Assembly (NCBI GenBank): GCA_963665815.1
Contig: OY762463.1
Location: 1,568,001 to 1,632,000, forward strand
Source of the DNA: Candidatus Cloacimonadales bacterium
Lineage (GTDB): Bacteria; Cloacimonadota; Cloacimonadia; Cloacimonadales; JAIOQZ01
Length of the DNA: 64,000 nt
Direction of reading: 5' to 3'
Below are positions 61,206-64,000 of this stretch, in pieces. The position numbers and the translations under genes were made by a program. Below the pieces are notes generated by a model. It was not told the DNA's origin. It did no database searches and was given only the letters and a program-made list of their open reading frames with translations. Within the stretch, counting starts at the first letter, position 1. Every line of letters begins with the position of its first letter.

Positions 61206-62107
61206 GATTTGATTTCTCTTAGTTTGTACAATAATGTAGCTGCTCCATAGAAAACACCGGAAACAGCAAGAATGAGCAGTTTCTTCACAGCAAAAATTGC
61301 CTTCCATTCCCGTTTGATTATTTCAGGTATGATTCCTACAACATCAGGAGATAAAGGTTGTGAATTATTATTACCAATATGAATTGGAAAATCTGTAAAA
61401 CTCATTCCCTGAGATACCATTTCCCAGAATCCGGATAATGGTGATATAAGTTTCCAGGAGAAAATAAATTCAAGAACGGAGAAAACTATATCAATTACTA
61501 ACAATATCCCAAGTCCTTTCATGAATGAATAATTCTTGAAGATTGATGAACAGAGAAATGCAAAACTTCCAAGGAATATTGTAGCATTTATCAATGATAA
61601 ATATGATTGAGCCATTCCTACGAATCCCATCTTCCAGTAAATCGTTTTATAGAAAGGATATAAGCTGAGATTAAGTAGAAAATAGTTCACCAGAACTACT
61701 GCAAAAGTAATTACCATAAAACCGAAAATAGAAACAATATATTTTGATAACGTATTAAACCATACTGACACAGGTTGCGTTCTGTAGAAAAGCTCGCACT
61801 TTAATTTAATGTCCAGATTCAGGGCATCTCCACTGACAAACCCAATGAAAATCATGCTGAAAATGGAAATCATAAAAGCTGATACATAGTGCATGAAATA
61901 GAAAAACGGACCACCAATTTCTGCTGAGTTCTCAACAGTAATCTGAGACATGATAATTGCAGGATTAAATGAATCCCCTCTTACTTTCGCTATCAACATT
62001 CCAAGAAGAATCAACACCCAGGTACCTGCTACCAGCATTGCAGGAGCATACATACTTTTTTTAGAAATAATCAGATCTTTTTTTATAAGATAAAGCAGTT
62101 TATTCAT
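61202..62107 (-). CDS. ABC transporter permease
   Basis: About 6 TM helices, FYRTQPVS..LSK motif; follows the ATPase gene. Confidence 0.75.
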   Translation of the reverse strand: MNKLLYLIKKDLIISKKSMYAPAMLVAGTWVLILLGMLIAKVRGDSFNPAIIMSQITVENSAEIGGPFFYFMHYVSAFMISIFSMIFIGFVSGDALNLDIKLKCELFYRTQPVSVWFNTLSKYIVSIFGFMVITFAVVLVNYFLLNLSLYPFYKTIYWKMGFVGMAQSYLSLINATIFLGSFAFLCSSIFKNYSFMKGLGILLVIDIVFSVLEFIFSWKLISPLSGFWEMVSQGMSFTDFPIHIGNNNSQPLSPDVVGIIPEIIKREWKAIFAVKKLLILAVSGVFYGAATLLYKLREIKS

Positions 62108-62948
62108 CCTGATCCCCTCCAATTTCTGCAAGGAACAGATCAGATAACTGAGGTCTCTTATATTCTGCACCTTCAATTTTTACATCAGATTTAACAATTG
62201 CATGAATTTTTCCCAGAAGATAAGTGACTAACCTTGGTTCTGCTGCAAGTAACTCACCCTTTTTCTCCACTGGCACAATAATGCTTGTGTATTTATCCTT
62301 AAGAACTTCAATATCTTCATAAAGTACAATTTCACCTTCATGAATAAAGATAATATCCTGTAGAATATCTTCAACCTCTTCTACCTGGTGGGTTGAGATC
62401 ATGATTGTTCGTTCTTCATCATAAAACTCACCGAGAATAGTGTTAAAAAACTGTTTTCTGAACACAATATCCAGTCCGAGAGTTGGTTCATCCAACATAA
62501 GAAATTCAACATCAAGAGAAAGAGTTATTAATAAATAGAGCTTTGTCTTCATACCCTTGGAAAGATGTTTGACTTTCTTGTTGAGAGGTATATTGCTTTT
62601 GGTCAGTAGATTCAGAGCTGTTGATTCTTTCCAGTTAGGATTCATCTTAGACACAAATTCCATTGTCTGCTTAACTGTGAGTCTGTCATCCAGACCATTA
62701 ACATCAGGAATGAATGCAACTTTCTCAAAAATCTTGTGATCTCCCGATTTAAGGATATCACCGTAATATTTAACTTCTCCGGTATAATTGAGAAACCCGA
62801 GAATTGATCTCATAAGTGTGGATTTACCTGCTCCGTTCTTTCCCAACAGTCCAATAATTCTTCCACGTGGTATCTTAAGATTTACATTTTTCAGTGCTTC
62901 GAATTTACCGTAACTCTTTGATAAATTTGTTATTTCTAAAAAACTCAT
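62100..62948 (-). CDS. ABC transporter ATP-binding protein (YtrB-like)
   Basis: GKNGAGKST, LSKGM, MLDEPT, STH. Confidence 0.93.
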   Translation of the reverse strand: MSFLEITNLSKSYGKFEALKNVNLKIPRGRIIGLLGKNGAGKSTLMRSILGFLNYTGEVKYYGDILKSGDHKIFEKVAFIPDVNGLDDRLTVKQTMEFVSKMNPNWKESTALNLLTKSNIPLNKKVKHLSKGMKTKLYLLITLSLDVEFLMLDEPTLGLDIVFRKQFFNTILGEFYDEERTIMISTHQVEEVEDILQDIIFIHEGEIVLYEDIEVLKDKYTSIIVPVEKKGELLAAEPRLVTYLLGKIHAIVKSDVKIEGAEYKRPQLSDLFLAEIGGDQDE

Positions 62949-62950
62949 TT

Positions 62951-63334
62951 TTACTCCACATTAGATGCTTGTTTGTTAAATTCCTGATCAATTAACTCTA
63001 TCAATTCATTCCTGTTCAGATCAAGCGTAATCGCTTTTTTTACGAGTTCACTGACCTCTTCATCCCGAAACTGTTTACCTCGAATTTTAAGAAGTATGCG
63101 TTTTGCATCCGAGGATACATAAAAACCTATTCCCCGCTTCTTGAAAATGATTCCGGCGTCAGTTAATTCGCTGAATGCATTGGAAACAGTCTGAGGGTTG
63201 ATCTTGTACTGCTGAGCCAGAGTACGTATAGACGGAACTATACTGTTCTCAGGCAGAGCTCCGCTGAGGATTGACTTCTCAATCTCTTCTTTGAGCTGCA
63301 GATAAATTGGTATCGAACTATCGAATACTTTCAC
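62951..63334 (-). CDS. GntR family regulator, YtrA subfamily
   Basis: PIYLQL, PSIRTLA..INPQTV, KRGIGFYV; short C-terminus; GTG start. Confidence 0.92.
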   Translation of the reverse strand: MKVFDSSIPIYLQLKEEIEKSILSGALPENSIVPSIRTLAQQYKINPQTVSNAFSELTDAGIIFKKRGIGFYVSSDAKRILLKIRGKQFRDEEVSELVKKAITLDLNRNELIELIDQEFNKQASNVE

Positions 63335-63351
63335 TCGTTAACCTCTCTTTA

Positions 63352-63392
63352 GTGTTACGGTGATATAGTACACCATAACATTTATATGTCAA
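63352..63392 (-). promoter_or_regulatory. Promoter with an overlapping YtrA-type operator
   Basis: Minus strand TTGACA-N16-TACTAT; imperfect palindrome GTGTACTA-tatcac-CGTAACAC (63373-63352) covers the -10 box. Confidence 0.65.
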
Positions 63393-63605
63393 GAAGTTTT
63401 TTTACAAGTTGCTACAAATTGAGAGAGAAGCCATTGTGTTTCCTATGCAGAATATCTCAGATATTTATATTAGATTAGTATATTCATGATGTATGTATGG
63501 TAATTGTGAGAAATAATTCCCTTGCCCCGGCAGTAACATTTCAACACAACATTACCGAATCCTCTATCTTCCATTAAATACCGCAAAGTCAGAACTTACG
63601 GATTC

Positions 63606-63842
63606 CTACAGTTCCCAGCCTTTGAGAAAGTCAATGATCTCCACAACAATGTCATTGTAATCCGGAGATGCATCAACTTGAATAAGCTTTTCATTATCTA
63701 CTGTTACTGTAGAATAATTGCAGAACCCCTCGAATGCTTCGATAATGTATCCGAAGTACACAAGTTCCTCTGATGGGACTTTGACGATATATCTGTCTAT
63801 ATCATCAACAAGCTTTTCGTGCGATTTAATCGTAATATTCAT
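63606..63842 (-). CDS. Small hypothetical protein, DUF4911-like
   Basis: ELVYFGYIIEAFEGFCNYSTV; ATG overlaps the lon stop. Confidence 0.6.
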   Translation of the reverse strand: MNITIKSHEKLVDDIDRYIVKVPSEELVYFGYIIEAFEGFCNYSTVTVDNEKLIQVDASPDYNDIVVEIIDFLKGWEL

Positions 63843-64000
63843 CAGCCTTTAATTAAGACCAGGTCAAGCACCTGATCTATCCTCCTCACTAACTCCACAT
63901 TTATACCCTTTAAAACTTCCGGTTTTATTTCACCGAGAATCGGTTTATTCTTTTCAGGAATAATTACGTTCTTAATACCTGCTCTGTTTGCAGCAATCAA
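63842..64000 (-). CDS. lon: ATP-dependent Lon protease, C-terminal end (partial)
   Basis: Hand translation LIAANRAGIKNVIIPEKN...EVLRGINVELVRRIDQVLDLVL matches the Lon protease C-terminus. Confidence 0.8.
   Translation of the reverse strand: MIAANRAGIKNVIIPEKNKPILGEIKPEVLKGINVELVRRIDQVLDLVLIKG

Noticed and set aside
1002-62739. Many 60-200 aa alternative-frame or antisense ORFs in the track (for example 3529-4125, 38899-39441, 28331-28798)
   Set aside because: They overlap well-supported genes and show no family motifs.
63470-63574. 34-aa minus-strand ORF MEDRGFGNVVLKCYCRG...
   Set aside because: No RBS and no recognisable motif.
63520-63575. GAAGATAGAGG on the minus strand resembles the start of a lysine riboswitch
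   Set aside because: The downstream core (AAGGG...GCCGAA, CUGUC) is absent, and no lysine gene follows.
1-64000. CRISPR arrays, tRNA/rRNA genes, IS elements or prophage genes
   Set aside because: No spaced direct repeats, cloverleaf/T-loop patterns, transposase or integrase motifs seen by eye; tRNAscan-SE and Infernal would confirm.

Overview
AT-rich chromosomal window from a diderm, probably anaerobic bacterium. Gene content points to the FCB superphylum, most likely Cloacimonadota (inference): gingipain/C25 proteins and a LamG protein with FlgD-Ig/T9SS-like C-terminal domains, a moxR-batABCDE operon and kdsB. About 55 CDS. Most are housekeeping genes (hutH, truA, mnmG, kdsB, recO, rsfS, argS, rho, mutS, rmuC, lon). 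I saw no tRNA, rRNA, CRISPR array or mobile element. Most notable: (1) a SiaA/SiaB/SiaC partner-switching module with a beta-propeller/Y_Y_Y sensor, whose fourth gene is not a diguanylate cyclase but a SiaD-like helix + PAS + phospho-acceptor (HisKA) protein with no ATPase domain; (2) a coupled GGPP-synthase-like and DGGGP-synthase-like pair, suggesting archaeal-type ether lipid synthesis; (3) a DnaA-box cluster upstream of mnmG (oriC candidate, with caveats); (4) a YgeW-like knotted carbamoyltransferase in an operon with an uncharacterised PLP enzyme; (5) altered motifs: a C25 protease with His replaced by Trp, ArgRS with HIGH replaced by NIVS, and a truncated GlmU. All family calls come from motif recognition by eye; no searches were run.
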